Below, piece after piece: positions 9,608 to 20,003 of a DNA stretch of 64,000 bases. Under the pieces are notes generated by a model. The model was given only the letters and a program-made list of their open reading frames with translations. It did no database searches and was not told the DNA's origin. The stretch comes from Gammaproteobacteria bacterium (lineage in GTDB: Bacteria > Pseudomonadota > Gammaproteobacteria > UBA6429 > Thiohalophilaceae). The DNA lies in the NCBI GenBank assembly GCA_024641475.1, contig JAHECZ010000002.1, positions 58,706 to 122,705 of the forward strand, in the 5' to 3' direction. Positions within the stretch are counted from its first letter, which is position 1. Each line of letters starts with the position of its first letter. The position numbers and the translations under genes were made by a program.

Positions 9608-10186
9608 TCAAAAGCGCATGCCGATGCCCACGAAAAAGCCCTGGTCAATTTCGGTAGTTAGATTATTTTTCAAGTTTATCTTGGTTTTACTGTAACCAAG
9701 ATAAATACTCGATTGCTTGGTAATCTCATATTCCCCGCGTAACCCGTATTCCATGAAACCATCAGCATCCATAAAGGTCACAATGCGTGGCGCAATAAAC
9801 AGGTATGCACCAAATCCAAATCCTCTGAAGTCATTTGGGAAATACAACAGTTCGCCGCCAATGGTTAATGCACCGACACTGGCCTTGGTTTGACCCGCTT
9901 TGCTGCCGGTATCTGCATAATAAAGACGTGTGCCTATCGACACGACTAACGGGCTGTCCAATGCATCATTGCGCACCAACAAGCCAACCGTAAGCATGGA
10001 ATTGTCATTTTCATCAAAGTAACCGCTGAACTCCATATCAATTGGTCCATACTGGCTTCCATAGAGCTCGCTGGCGTACATCAGTCGTGCACTTTTGCTA
10101 CTGAGTTCTACATTTACTGCGTCAGCATGGACCAGTGAAAATGGTAGCAACAGGCTCAATAGCATCAAGATTCGCATCAATGGCAT
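9608..10186 (-). CDS. Outer-membrane beta-barrel protein (YfaZ-like)
   Basis: Signal peptide MPLMRILMLLSLLLPFSLVHA, alternating-hydrophobic beta strands and a C-terminal ...GIGMRF. Start moved to the ATG at 10186, downstream of the upstream gene's stop. Confidence 0.55.
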   Translation of the reverse strand: MPLMRILMLLSLLLPFSLVHADAVNVELSSKSARLMYASELYGSQYGPIDMEFSGYFDENDNSMLTVGLLVRNDALDSPLVVSIGTRLYYADTGSKAGQTKASVGALTIGGELLYFPNDFRGFGFGAYLFIAPRIVTFMDADGFMEYGLRGEYEITKQSSIYLGYSKTKINLKNNLTTEIDQGFFVGIGMRF

Positions 10187-10232
10187 GGTCCGGCCCTCAA
10201 GGTTTGTATCGATATGATACCGCAGCAGCTTA

Positions 10233-11087
10233 TCATTCTGCATCTAACAACCGCGTTGTCGCTGCGATTTCCGAATTGGCCTGAGAAAGCAGTTCCACGC
10301 TCGCATCAGGGCCAAATTTACTTATTGCAAGCTTGCCAAATGCCGGGACACGATTAAAATCCAACGGCTTAGGCTGCCCAGGCTTGCCAAACTGACTATG
10401 GATATGCGCAACGATGATCAAGTCAGCATAATCAGCCTGACCAGAATGATCATGTTGAGTATCTTCTACCAGCAAGGGTACATCAATAATTTCCTTATCC
10501 ATCTGCCAATTCTCCAGGATGCGCTGGCCCAATTCGGCTCGTAATTCCATGATCGCGCCATCCAGAAGATGTTGTTGCTGATAGAGATCCGGAAACCGAT
10601 CCGCGAAGACCAGGATTGGCAATATGCCAATATCGTGGAGCAATCCCGCTAACAAGGCCTTGTCTGCGGAAAGGCCTCGTTGCGTACGCGCCAAAACCTG
10701 CGCGATCGCTGCCACGTAACAACTGTGTTGCCATAATTGGCGAATTCGTTCGCGCATGGCAAAGGATTTAACGGTAAACAGGTTATGCATCGCCAATGCG
10801 GTAATCAGGTTACGCGTCGTGATCAAGCCTAAGCGCGTAATCGCGAGCTTGACGTCAGTTAGCGTTGTACCAGTGTTATATAAAGGTGAATTGGCAATCT
10901 TCATTACGCGTGCCGCCATCACCGGATCCATTTGCAGTAAACGTGCAATATGCGGTACACCCTTGTGTTCATCCTGAACCGCTTCACGAATAGCCACAAC
11001 AACATCCGGCAAAGAGGGTAACTCCAGGGAATTTCGCTGCTTGGCAGTATGCAACTCATCAACTAATTTATTAATTGCAGTATTCAT
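10233..11087 (-). CDS. HDOD-domain protein
   Basis: HDOD signature LPSLPDVVVAIREAV...IARLLQMDPVMAARVMKIANSPLY ... LLHDIGILPIL. Its ATG overlaps the stop of the upstream peptidase gene (ATGA). Confidence 0.8.
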   Translation of the reverse strand: MNTAINKLVDELHTAKQRNSLELPSLPDVVVAIREAVQDEHKGVPHIARLLQMDPVMAARVMKIANSPLYNTGTTLTDVKLAITRLGLITTRNLITALAMHNLFTVKSFAMRERIRQLWQHSCYVAAIAQVLARTQRGLSADKALLAGLLHDIGILPILVFADRFPDLYQQQHLLDGAIMELRAELGQRILENWQMDKEIIDVPLLVEDTQHDHSGQADYADLIIVAHIHSQFGKPGQPKPLDFNRVPAFGKLAISKFGPDASVELLSQANSEIAATTRLLDAE

Positions 11088-12079
11088 TGGGTATGTTTTA
11101 TTGGTTTTCTAATATCTGTTGTTTGTATTTTTTCCTGAATCGCCTTGAGCGTAGACTGGTAGGTCGTTGCATGCACTCCGCCCAACTGCACGGCCTGCTG
11201 CGCATACCCCAATGCCTCAGTCAGCACACCACGCCCGGCCAGAACATCCGCCAGATTATTACAAGCCGGCGCATAGCCAGGGTTATCGGCTAATACTGTC
11301 CGATATTGATGTTCGGCTAGTGACATTTCGCCTTGCGTATAGTGTAGATTGCCCAGCCCCATACGCAATTCCAGGCTTTTCGGCCAAACGCGCAGCCCGG
11401 CCATATAGGCCTGCTGTAATTCCTGCCAACGTTGCAATTTTTCCAGGCCAACAACCGCTTGGACATAACGCCACTCTTCGGGTTGTGCCGGCAAATTACC
11501 GGGTTTAATCACAACTATTCCCCAATGGTGTGCACGCTGCCAGGTACGTTCAAAGGTGGTCATGCTCACTTCGTGGCGTTGTTCTGTTCCAGAACGCAAT
11601 ATCAATTGTTGCTGCGACAGATCAAACCCAACCACGACGGCGTAATGCCATTGTGGCAACCAACTTAAACCAAGGTTTTGCAGGACCAGAACCGGATGGC
11701 CGGCATGAATCTGCTGCAACAGATTATTCATATCCGGGGTAATCTCATAGGGAATCAGGCCGTGACGACGCGTAGCCGCGAGTATTTCCGGTTGCAGACT
11801 GCCTTCGAGGGCAGGAACGTATATCTCACCACTTATCAGGTCCGGGGTGATTGAAGGATCACTTGCATGTAACACCGTCGCTAAGGCTGCGGGACCACAC
11901 TGGTGAATTTCCTGCGGGAAGAACACGACGCCGGTTAATTCAACCGGACGAACCAATTCTACCGGGGGGTGTTGCAGCAATTGCTCTGTAAAAGGTGTGC
12001 TGGCACAACCACTGAGCAGCAGCAATAAAAGCAAACCGGCCACCCGCAGGTGGCCGGTTATTCGTACCGGGAAAAACAC
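11084..12079 (-). CDS. C39-like cysteine peptidase with C-terminal TPR repeats, lipoprotein (PA2778-family-like)
   Basis: Lipobox LLLSGC, catalytic-Cys context QCGPAALATVL, His context WHYAVVVGFD and C-terminal TPR-like repeats. The family name is recalled from NCBI naming and not verified. Confidence 0.65.
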   Translation of the reverse strand: MFFPVRITGHLRVAGLLLLLLLSGCASTPFTEQLLQHPPVELVRPVELTGVVFFPQEIHQCGPAALATVLHASDPSITPDLISGEIYVPALEGSLQPEILAATRRHGLIPYEITPDMNNLLQQIHAGHPVLVLQNLGLSWLPQWHYAVVVGFDLSQQQLILRSGTEQRHEVSMTTFERTWQRAHHWGIVVIKPGNLPAQPEEWRYVQAVVGLEKLQRWQELQQAYMAGLRVWPKSLELRMGLGNLHYTQGEMSLAEHQYRTVLADNPGYAPACNNLADVLAGRGVLTEALGYAQQAVQLGGVHATTYQSTLKAIQEKIQTTDIRKPIKHTQ

Positions 12080-12088
12080 TAGAAGAAA

Positions 12089-12484
12089 CTAGCGCTTCTT
12101 AATGAAGGTAAAAACATCAGTGATACCCAGAATATCGGTAATGACCAGCACCAGGAAAATGACCAATAGCAGTCCAACTACATCGCCGCCGGCGGGTAAT
12201 TCATCAATTTTATTGGAAACCATGACGACCTCTTGATCGGTCATGCTGCTTACCCGCGCCTTGGCTTGCTCAGCATCCACACCACGTTGCATCAGCAAAT
12301 TTCGTACTTCATCACGTGCCAGCCAATCCCGAACCTGCTCACGTTTAACATCGATTTCCTTGGCGGAAACCAATTGATCGGTTGTGACAATGGCAGCCAC
12401 AGCGACCTGATTGACATTCAGCCCCAGGAATGAAATTGCCAACAGGGCACACAGAATTCGTTGATAGTGACGCAGAAATGACAT
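12089..12484 (-). CDS. Small exported/membrane protein usually paired with the PA2778-type peptidase (PA2779-family-like)
   Basis: Signal peptide, an acidic helical middle and a C-terminal TM helix (VVGLLLVIFLVLVITDILGI), 9 nt upstream of the peptidase gene. Family assignment is from memory. Confidence 0.5.
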   Translation of the reverse strand: MSFLRHYQRILCALLAISFLGLNVNQVAVAAIVTTDQLVSAKEIDVKREQVRDWLARDEVRNLLMQRGVDAEQAKARVSSMTDQEVVMVSNKIDELPAGGDVVGLLLVIFLVLVITDILGITDVFTFIKKR

Positions 12485-12561
12485 AGTCGGGAACTCCAGA
12501 TTGGGTTGTTATTGATGACACGAAGTATAGAACACTTCGTTGCAGTCAACAGAAACTGCTA

Positions 12562-13470
12562 TTAATTATCGTGATTTTTTTTGATGATATCGACTATTCG
12601 ATCCAGGCTCTGGTGTGAACGGTGTTCCGGATTAAGCTGATCCATCGCTGTCAGCTTGTCATGGCGATTATGCGCCTCCAGATCGATGCGATCGCGGATT
12701 GCGGGGTTTTCCCGCAGCATATCCAGAAAGGCACTTCGCTCGATACAAACCAGTTCTGCCTGCGATAAGGCTGATATCGTCGCGGTGCGTGGTGCCCCGG
12801 TTAGCAATGACCATTCACCAAAATAATCACCCGGACGTAATAACGCCAGATTGATATGTTTGCCCTGCACCTGATGGCTAACCCGCAAATTCCCATACAC
12901 CACCACGTAAAAAGCGTCACCGCGCTCACCTTCCTGTACCAGGATACTGCCAGGTGGCACCCCAACCAATGTCGAATGTTCTATCAATGTACGCATGGAC
13001 TCGTCCGGCAGGTAGCGAAACAATGCCACCCCGCGTAACGCTGTTTCGGTGACCCGGTGTTTGAACCGCTGGATGACTGCATCGCGTAACTCTATGCGGC
13101 TATCAATAATTTTTTCCAGTACTTCGCTGGGGATTTCCAGAATGACTGAGGGGCGACTTACCGTTACATCACAGACTCGCGGCATCCCAAACAAGGCAGC
13201 AATTTCACCGAAAATTTCACCTTGTTTTAAGGTCGTAATATGGGTTTTGCCGGCATCACTGCCACTGGTTACTTCCACTTCACCTACTACCAGAATATAT
13301 ACACGGCTATCGCGTTGGAATTGTCGGCACAACACGACACCGGGCATGACACTGCGCACCACGCCACGATCCAGCAAGTATTGCTTTTCCTGTGTGGTAA
13401 GCAAGTCACCAAAAATCTGATGTTGCTCAACGGCTTGCTCGATTGCGGCGAGGACTTGCTGCTTTTGCAT
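12562..13470 (-). CDS. Protein with two cyclic-nucleotide-binding domains
   Basis: Two CAP-effector segments: GEIFGEIAALFGMPRVCDV and GDYFGEWSLLTGAPRTATISA. Confidence 0.8.
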   Translation of the reverse strand: MQKQQVLAAIEQAVEQHQIFGDLLTTQEKQYLLDRGVVRSVMPGVVLCRQFQRDSRVYILVVGEVEVTSGSDAGKTHITTLKQGEIFGEIAALFGMPRVCDVTVSRPSVILEIPSEVLEKIIDSRIELRDAVIQRFKHRVTETALRGVALFRYLPDESMRTLIEHSTLVGVPPGSILVQEGERGDAFYVVVYGNLRVSHQVQGKHINLALLRPGDYFGEWSLLTGAPRTATISALSQAELVCIERSAFLDMLRENPAIRDRIDLEAHNRHDKLTAMDQLNPEHRSHQSLDRIVDIIKKNHDN

Positions 13471-13670
13471 AGGTCATACCTTAGCTGTGTGGTGACAAGT
13501 TGGAAGCATTCCACCATAATCCCTTGGGAAACAGGAAGTTCTTCACAATTCCCAGCGATCCCGGCACGCATAATGGGAATAAAAATGGCTATGAGCTCAA
13601 CTGCCCATGGGTGCGTATCGACCGCGGAACCAAAATAATGACCGGCTGCTATCAAACTGTGAATTAATCG

Positions 13671-15122
13671 ATGCTTTTAATCCCCATAGACCGCCCATTG
13701 GACTGGCGCAATCCGCCCCTGGTTACCCTTATTCTGGTTTTACTCAACTGTGCCATTTATTTCACCTGGCAACATGACGATAACGCGAAATGGGACCGCG
13801 CTGAACAGCACTATGAAGAATCCGGACTGGCGAACATCGAAATAACCTATTATTACCGTTATCTCCACCCCGGAAATCGCCTGGCAAAAGCACCCGCAAG
13901 TTTTGCCGACCAGGATAAAAATTTCAAAGAGATGCGCCAGGATGGAATCTTTCAGGCCAAACTCCATCATGATGAGATTATCTCCTCTACTGACGAGGTA
14001 TATACGCAATGGAAACCCTTGCGTAGCCAATATGACGCCTTACTCGATGATGTCGTTTCGTATCATTACGCGATAATTCCGTCACAACCTACTATTACAG
14101 GCATGTTTGCCAGCATGTTTTTACATGGCAGCCTCGGGCATTTGTTCGGCAACATGATCATGCTGATGATCATCGGTTATGTGGTGGAGATAATTTTGGG
14201 CCACTGGGTTTATCTGGGTGGCTACCTGTTGGCCGGTTTGGCTGGCAATGCCCTGTACGTACTGATCTCACCGCATCTGCATGCGCCTGGCGTGGGGGCC
14301 TCTGGCGCCATCTTCGGTGTGGTCGGCATGTATCTGGTATTATTCTGGTTACGTAAAATCCGCTTTTTCTTTTTCTTAATCTATTTTAATTATTTCCGTG
14401 CCCCTGCCGTCATTATGTTGATCCCTATGGTTGGCTGGCAGTTGTATATGGAATTTGGGATGCAGACGAATATAAATGTCATGGCGCATCTGGGTGGGCT
14501 GACCGGCGGCGTGCTGATCGCGGCGGTTGCCAAACGCTTTCTATCACAACACAGCAAAGACTACATCGATCAGGATGTTAAAACTGAACAATATCAGCAC
14601 GCCGTAAGCACCGGGCAACAACAGCTCGCGGCGATGAATATCAAAGCCGCTCGAGAAACTTATTTAAAATTAATGCAGGATTTTCCTGACGACCTGACAG
14701 TTAAATTACAGCTATTTAACATTCTCAAGCTGACCCCCACGGATCCGGAATTTCATAGCCTGGCCACAACACTGCTCAAATTATCTGGCGCGGATCGCAA
14801 CAGCGTCAGAATCCTGCATGATGTCTTTTTTGATTATGTCAGCAAAGGTGTTCCCAAACCGCAATTCAACCCGGATACACTGATGAATCTGGCTTTACGA
14901 TTTGCGGCAAATGAATACCTGGAAGATGCCGAGAAACTGGTTAAATATTTATTGCAAACCAGACAGGATTTCGTACGCAATGCCGAAGGCTTGGCAGCGC
15001 TGGTCAAATACTACCAGGGCAAGGATAAATCCAAGGTGGAACATTACCGGGCTTTGCTATTAGAAACATATCCGCACAGCGTACAGGCACAGCACCTGCA
15101 ACGTATCAGCCCGGCAACTTAA
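13671..15122 (+). CDS. Rhomboid-family intramembrane serine protease with a C-terminal TPR-like domain
   Basis: Rhomboid motifs HGSLGHLFGNM, GASGAIFG (catalytic Ser) and AHLGGLTGG (catalytic His). The soluble helical C-terminal third is TPR-like. Confidence 0.85.
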   Translation: MLLIPIDRPLDWRNPPLVTLILVLLNCAIYFTWQHDDNAKWDRAEQHYEESGLANIEITYYYRYLHPGNRLAKAPASFADQDKNFKEMRQDGIFQAKLHHDEIISSTDEVYTQWKPLRSQYDALLDDVVSYHYAIIPSQPTITGMFASMFLHGSLGHLFGNMIMLMIIGYVVEIILGHWVYLGGYLLAGLAGNALYVLISPHLHAPGVGASGAIFGVVGMYLVLFWLRKIRFFFFLIYFNYFRAPAVIMLIPMVGWQLYMEFGMQTNINVMAHLGGLTGGVLIAAVAKRFLSQHSKDYIDQDVKTEQYQHAVSTGQQQLAAMNIKAARETYLKLMQDFPDDLTVKLQLFNILKLTPTDPEFHSLATTLLKLSGADRNSVRILHDVFFDYVSKGVPKPQFNPDTLMNLALRFAANEYLEDAEKLVKYLLQTRQDFVRNAEGLAALVKYYQGKDKSKVEHYRALLLETYPHSVQAQHLQRISPAT

Positions 15123-15125
15123 CCA

Positions 15126-16559
15126 TTAGCGTTGTTGTCCCGCCAGCTTGTCGATAACCGTCAGATATTCCTGCGCTTCTGCAGCAATTTCATGATTGGG
15201 ATAATACTTCAGAACAAATTGTAATATTTGCCTGGCTTTACTGTCGTCACTGAACTGTTCACACAGCATTTTCGCCACCATGAGATAGGCAGCAGGAATA
15301 CCATCAAAGCTGGGAAATTCGGTATGCAAGTTCCCCAGCAGAGTGACTGCCGTTTTAGCCTGACCATTGCCACGTAACATCCTGGCAATTTCCACGCGTT
15401 CGTTGGGACGAGCCGGTCGAAATTCTTTGTCATAGGCGAGACATTCCTGATACACCTTGGTTGCTATCCCGATTTTATTCTCATGGAACAGATATGAGAT
15501 AAAATCCTGCCCTTGTCGCGTATGTTGGGTATTCTCGCCCAATAATCGCAACAATTTCAGCAACCGTTCACGTGCTTCAATATTTCCGGGAGTTGTCTGG
15601 ATGATCTGTTCGAAACGCAGCGCGGCTTCCTGATTTTTACCCTCGGCGATCAAAATTTCTGTGGCGCGCATTTCCGGACTGGCTATCTCCAGTTTGCCAA
15701 CAGGCACATGCGCTTCTGCTTCCACCTCAACGCTGTAGCCCAATTCATCATGATATTGATACAGCACATAGCCCATCAGATGAAACATCACCAGAAAGAA
15801 ATACATGCTGGTAAAGATTAGCAAGATTGAAGCAACCCCCGGTGTGACCATGTGCGTTAGCAAACCCTGCAATATCTCGGCTGCCAGCGTAAGCAAATAC
15901 AACAAGCCCACCATAAAGAAATACGGCAGTCCGATGCGTTTGATGACAAGGAAAATCAGTGCGGGGTTCAGTGCTTTAAAAAAACTCTGCTCCATTGCCA
16001 GCACCATGGTGCTGGCTGGCAAAGCCAGCAGGATAATTATATAGGCAATTAACGCCACGCCAGGACCAAACATGTCATAGATCGTAAAATTGATCGATCC
16101 AAAAGCAAACATCAGTGCCGTTTGCTTGAATGGTAAAATAATATCGTCGGTGAGCGTCTCGGAACCAATGGGCAGTGGCACCAAATGGCCTTGCGCAGTA
16201 TCTTGTAGTACTACGTAGGCATATTTCGCTACTACGACTATCAGAACTAATAACAACAGCAGATTAAATATCGGAATCGGAATATTGGCGAAGCCATACC
16301 CCAAAGCCAACACGACCAGCATAAACACCAGCGGCGTAGGATAAAACGGATAGATAAACATTTGTCCAAGCCGGTGCCAATATGGCATAACCAGATTGCC
16401 ACTACCCAATGAGGTCAGGTTACGATCACATACCGGACAGCGTGGCAATTTTCCAGGTGCCGGGGAATCAATACAATCGATGCAAAAATTAATCTGGCAA
16501 GGCTCGCATGCCCAACGGGCCGGCGTCTTTACATGATACTTACACGTGACTACTGCCAT
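15126..16559 (-). CDS. Polytopic membrane protein with an N-terminal Cys-rich zinc-ribbon (B-box-like) and C-terminal TPR-like repeats
   Basis: The N-terminus CKYH..WACEPCQINFCIDC...CPVC carries 8 Cys/His ligands. About 7 TM segments follow, then a helical-repeat C-terminus. Confidence 0.6.
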   Translation of the reverse strand: MAVVTCKYHVKTPARWACEPCQINFCIDCIDSPAPGKLPRCPVCDRNLTSLGSGNLVMPYWHRLGQMFIYPFYPTPLVFMLVVLALGYGFANIPIPIFNLLLLLVLIVVVAKYAYVVLQDTAQGHLVPLPIGSETLTDDIILPFKQTALMFAFGSINFTIYDMFGPGVALIAYIIILLALPASTMVLAMEQSFFKALNPALIFLVIKRIGLPYFFMVGLLYLLTLAAEILQGLLTHMVTPGVASILLIFTSMYFFLVMFHLMGYVLYQYHDELGYSVEVEAEAHVPVGKLEIASPEMRATEILIAEGKNQEAALRFEQIIQTTPGNIEARERLLKLLRLLGENTQHTRQGQDFISYLFHENKIGIATKVYQECLAYDKEFRPARPNERVEIARMLRGNGQAKTAVTLLGNLHTEFPSFDGIPAAYLMVAKMLCEQFSDDSKARQILQFVLKYYPNHEIAAEAQEYLTVIDKLAGQQR

Positions 16560-16668
16560 ACTACAAACTGCCTGTTAACATATATACTCTGATCCCAAGG
16601 GTACAAACTCCCCCCGGGTACAGGCAAGCCATTTACGGCCAAAACCCCAATAATTTCCGGAGACTGTT

Positions 16669-17553
16669 ATGTTGCGTCGTGACTTCGCTCTACTATTGTG
16701 CGTGCTATTCCTTTGCCTGGGCCCTGCCAGCTACGCAAGCCCACTGCTTGTGACGACCCAGGACCTTGCGCAACGACTAACCAAGAGCAAACCCGTACTG
16801 ATCGACATGTCCGATGCCACTCAATACCAGCGATTTCACCTGGTTGATGCTATCTCCTTACCGTATGAAATACTGGTTATAAATCACAACAATATCAGCA
16901 TGCCCATCCCGCAGGAAAAATTAACTGCCTTGCTTGGCACTCTTGGTATCGATGCGCACACCGATGTGGTCATCTATGATGACACAGGCGGTCTGAATGC
17001 AGCCCGACTCTACTGGGAACTCGAGCAACTCGGTCACACGCAGATGGCGCTACTGGACGGTGGACTGGTCAAATGGATTCTTGAGGGACGCCCCGTTACC
17101 AATCAACCTGCAATCGCTCATGCCACAACCTATCAAATATCAAAACCAGCGCGCCTATTTTTGGCTAACTTAAAAGAAGTCGCAGCAATTTCACGTAAAA
17201 AAGAGGTCGTGTTACTGGATGTCCGCAGTGAAGATGAATACCGGGGTGATCCACGCATCCCCCGTAGTGGGCATATTCCCGGCGCCAAGTGGTGGGAATG
17301 GGATCAGGCAGTCGATTTCGATCATGGCTTTGTGCAACGTGATGCGGCCACGCTGCGCGAGTCGCTCAGTCAACTTGGTCTAACCGACCTCAAACAACCG
17401 ATTATCACTTATTGTCATTCCAGTCACCGGGCGTCCCAAGCCTATTACACATTGAAACGTTTGGGGTACACCAATGTAAAAATCTATGGTGGTTCAATCC
17501 TGGAATACGAACAAAACAAGGATTTGCCATTACAGCGTGGCGTGGCACCGTAA
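16669..17553 (+). CDS. Periplasmic two-domain rhodanese (thiosulfate/3-mercaptopyruvate sulfurtransferase-like)
   Basis: Signal peptide LCLGPASYA, tandem rhodanese domains and an active-site loop YCHSSHRAS in the second domain. Confidence 0.85.
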   Translation: MLRRDFALLLCVLFLCLGPASYASPLLVTTQDLAQRLTKSKPVLIDMSDATQYQRFHLVDAISLPYEILVINHNNISMPIPQEKLTALLGTLGIDAHTDVVIYDDTGGLNAARLYWELEQLGHTQMALLDGGLVKWILEGRPVTNQPAIAHATTYQISKPARLFLANLKEVAAISRKKEVVLLDVRSEDEYRGDPRIPRSGHIPGAKWWEWDQAVDFDHGFVQRDAATLRESLSQLGLTDLKQPIITYCHSSHRASQAYYTLKRLGYTNVKIYGGSILEYEQNKDLPLQRGVAP

Positions 17554-17564
17554 CAGCTGAGCAA

Positions 17565-19037
17565 TCAATCCTCCACAGACACCGTCCGTTCCGCTGCCCA
17601 GGCGCGCAAGTCAGCAATGCGCTCGGCCATAACCACCGACAAAGGTCGAGTATGGCGAATTTCCTGCACAAGATGACTCGTCGTTATTGTGGTTTGCTGT
17701 GCGTGACCAGCGTAGATAGCGGCGACCACCGCTTGTTCAATCTCTGCACCGGAAAACCCTTCACTAAGCTGGGCAAGTTTTTCCAATTCAAAATTCTTGC
17801 TATCCAGCTGGCGTTTACGCAAATGAATATCATAAATCAATGCACGATTTTTCTGATCTGGCAAATCTACAAAAAAGATTTCATCAAAGCGACCTTTGCG
17901 TACCAATTCTGGTGGCAGCGCCTCGATGTCATTGGCGGTAGCCACGATGAACACCGGCGCCTTTTTCTCCGCCATCCACGTCAACATCGAACCCAATACG
18001 CGTTTGGATGTCCCGCCATCATTGTCGCCAACCGCAATGCCCTTCTCCAATTCATCGATCCACAATACACACGGCGCCATCACTTCAGCAGCCTTGAGTG
18101 ATTCACGTAAATTGCGCTCGGTTTCGCCATGGAATTTATTAAACAGTGCTGATATTTCCATGCGCAATAATGGAATACCCAATACACCCGCAACCGCTTT
18201 TGCAGCCAAACTCTTGCCACAACCCTGCACGCCCAACAATAAAATACCTTTGGGAGCATCCACCCCCGGCAATTTGCCCGCGAAGGCCGGTTGGCGTTGT
18301 CGAATCCAATTCTTGAGCCGCGAGAAACCACCCAGGTTGGCAAAACTATCGGTATCCAAATCAAAATGCAGCATGCCTTCTTTACTCAGCAATGCATACT
18401 TGGCTTTCATTACTACCGGCAAATCATTGTCGGTTATTGCGCCATCGTTATAGATCGCCACGCGTGCCAATCGCCGCGCTTCATCATGGGTCAAGCCGCT
18501 AAGATTGCGCACCAACATTTCAAAAGCCTGGGGATCAGCCTGAACACGTTTGCGATTATTCGCCGTCCATTGCTCGGCGACTTCGCTGACAATTTTGCGT
18601 ACCGCCTGATCATTTGGCAGCATGAATTCAAAACGTGCGCTGTAATTCTTGAGTTCCTCGGGCAACTCAAATGCATGACTGATCAAAACGATTGTTTGAT
18701 GGGTACTTTCATAATTTATGGCGATATCCTTGAGCAGTCGCACATTGATCGGCTCATCCAGATAAGGATGAAAATCCAATAACATATACACGCCACTGGT
18801 ACGTGTGGACTTGATATGCCCCAGCACGTCAGCAGGCTTGGCATTAAAGGGTTGCGTGTCCATCACCAAATCGACACGCTGTAAACCTTCGGTAACTGTC
18901 CAGCGAAAAATTGGCGTTGCCAACCGCAATTGCATGCTGCGGATCATGTCAACTGCGCGTGCTTCCTCGCGCGATTCAATCACAATGATGGGAATATGAG
19001 ATTTTATTAACAGTTCCAGATCATGGCGCTCTGGCAT
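17565..19037 (-). CDS. AAA+ family ATPase with a large N-terminal domain
   Basis: Walker A GVQGCGKS, Walker B VLWIDELE and sensor/arginine-finger region [20 protein letters not shown]. Confidence 0.85.
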   Translation of the reverse strand: MPERHDLELLIKSHIPIIVIESREEARAVDMIRSMQLRLATPIFRWTVTEGLQRVDLVMDTQPFNAKPADVLGHIKSTRTSGVYMLLDFHPYLDEPINVRLLKDIAINYESTHQTIVLISHAFELPEELKNYSARFEFMLPNDQAVRKIVSEVAEQWTANNRKRVQADPQAFEMLVRNLSGLTHDEARRLARVAIYNDGAITDNDLPVVMKAKYALLSKEGMLHFDLDTDSFANLGGFSRLKNWIRQRQPAFAGKLPGVDAPKGILLLGVQGCGKSLAAKAVAGVLGIPLLRMEISALFNKFHGETERNLRESLKAAEVMAPCVLWIDELEKGIAVGDNDGGTSKRVLGSMLTWMAEKKAPVFIVATANDIEALPPELVRKGRFDEIFFVDLPDQKNRALIYDIHLRKRQLDSKNFELEKLAQLSEGFSGAEIEQAVVAAIYAGHAQQTTITTSHLVQEIRHTRPLSVVMAERIADLRAWAAERTVSVED

Positions 19038-19076
19038 CCGAGGTCTCCTTGTGGCTATCTTGTTTTTGTTATCGAC

Positions 19077-19116
19077 AAAAAAAACCTTCCCAAAAACTCA
19101 GTGTTCAGCGGGAAGG
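19077..19116 (-). terminator. Putative terminator downstream of cbiX
   Basis: On the minus strand, CCTTCCC-18 nt loop-GGGAAGG followed by T8. The loop is long, so confidence is moderate. Confidence 0.45.
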
Positions 19117-19261
19117 CTCGGAAGTTCAAAAAGGGGGCAGGTTGGTCTATACACATTACCTCCAGGCCGGGGGGAGCCGCAAGTTAAAATCGCCTGGGTT
19201 TTATTTTGTTTGTGTAATTTTACTGTTATTCTCTCATAACATATTGATTATAATGTTTTTT

Positions 19262-19636
19262 TTAATCCCGTGAAGACAAGTCGGCCTGGTGCAACATCAC
19301 GTCCAACACCCCCTCAGCCTTACCAAGATAGGGGGCAATTTGAATCGAGGTGGCTGGAAAATTAGCCTGTGCTTTGGCCACTTCGGCGGGAATGTCCGTG
19401 GCGACATGCCGCCCTGCGGACAGAAAATACGGCAATACGATGACTTCGCTAGCACCCTGTGCGATGCATTGCGCGATACCATCAGGAATGGACGGTTCAG
19501 CTAATTCTAAAAATGCACACCGTACCCCACTATATGTTGCACCTGCGCGGGCTTGTAATTGCCCAGCAAGCTTGCGAACCTCCTCATTTGATTCGGCGCG
19601 CCGGCTACCATGCGCCACTACCAATAAGACTTTCAT
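19262..19636 (-). CDS. cbiX: CbiX-type (small) sirohydrochlorin chelatase
   Basis: MKVLLVVAHGSRR...VLPYFLSAGRHV, a single-domain CbiX(S) of about 124 aa. Confidence 0.8.
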   Translation of the reverse strand: MKVLLVVAHGSRRAESNEEVRKLAGQLQARAGATYSGVRCAFLELAEPSIPDGIAQCIAQGASEVIVLPYFLSAGRHVATDIPAEVAKAQANFPATSIQIAPYLGKAEGVLDVMLHQADLSSRD

Positions 19637-19685
19637 TTATATCTGCCTGCACTATGCTTGGACGAACGAAACAAAAGGATAACAT

Positions 19686-19973
19686 ATGCGCCTTACCACC
19701 ATCACCGGGTTAAGCTTGTGTCTATTCATCGCATTAAACGCCAGCGCCTGTAAGCGCATGGTAAAAAAAGATGAGCCCCTTGAGGCTGCCTGTAACAAAT
19801 CCATTAAAAACGTCTCGACGCTACTGGGTGAAAGCCGCGCACAACTTGAGAAAAACCAGATTAGCCAGATTGAAAATTTGCTCACCGCCGCCAAAATCGA
19901 ACAACAACACCAGCAATATGCTGAATGCCAGGACAAGGCGCAGCGCGCCCAGATACTGTTACAACAACATTAG
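19686..19973 (+). CDS. Small lipoprotein, unknown function
   Basis: Lipobox LNASAC, RBS AAGGA and a helical Gln-rich body. Confidence 0.5.
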   Translation: MRLTTITGLSLCLFIALNASACKRMVKKDEPLEAACNKSIKNVSTLLGESRAQLEKNQISQIENLLTAAKIEQQHQQYAECQDKAQRAQILLQQH

Positions 19974-20003
19974 CCAATCGGTTCCTTCGCAGAAGCTTTC
20001 CGA

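Noticed and set aside
17412-18782. Long plus-strand ORFs (229, 185 and 163 aa) antisense to the AAA+ ATPase gene.
   Set aside because: Their composition is low-complexity (Ser/Pro/Arg/His-rich) and they have no motifs. They lie entirely inside a strongly supported minus-strand gene and are typical shadow ORFs.
19120-19215. A possible plus-strand small RNA or terminator (CCAGGC...GCCTGG followed by GTTTTATTTTGTTTG) between the AAA+ and cbiX genes.
   Set aside because: The stem is only 6 bp with a 24-nt loop. No promoter or upstream plus-strand gene is visible, and I cannot separate it from AT-rich promoter DNA without expression data.
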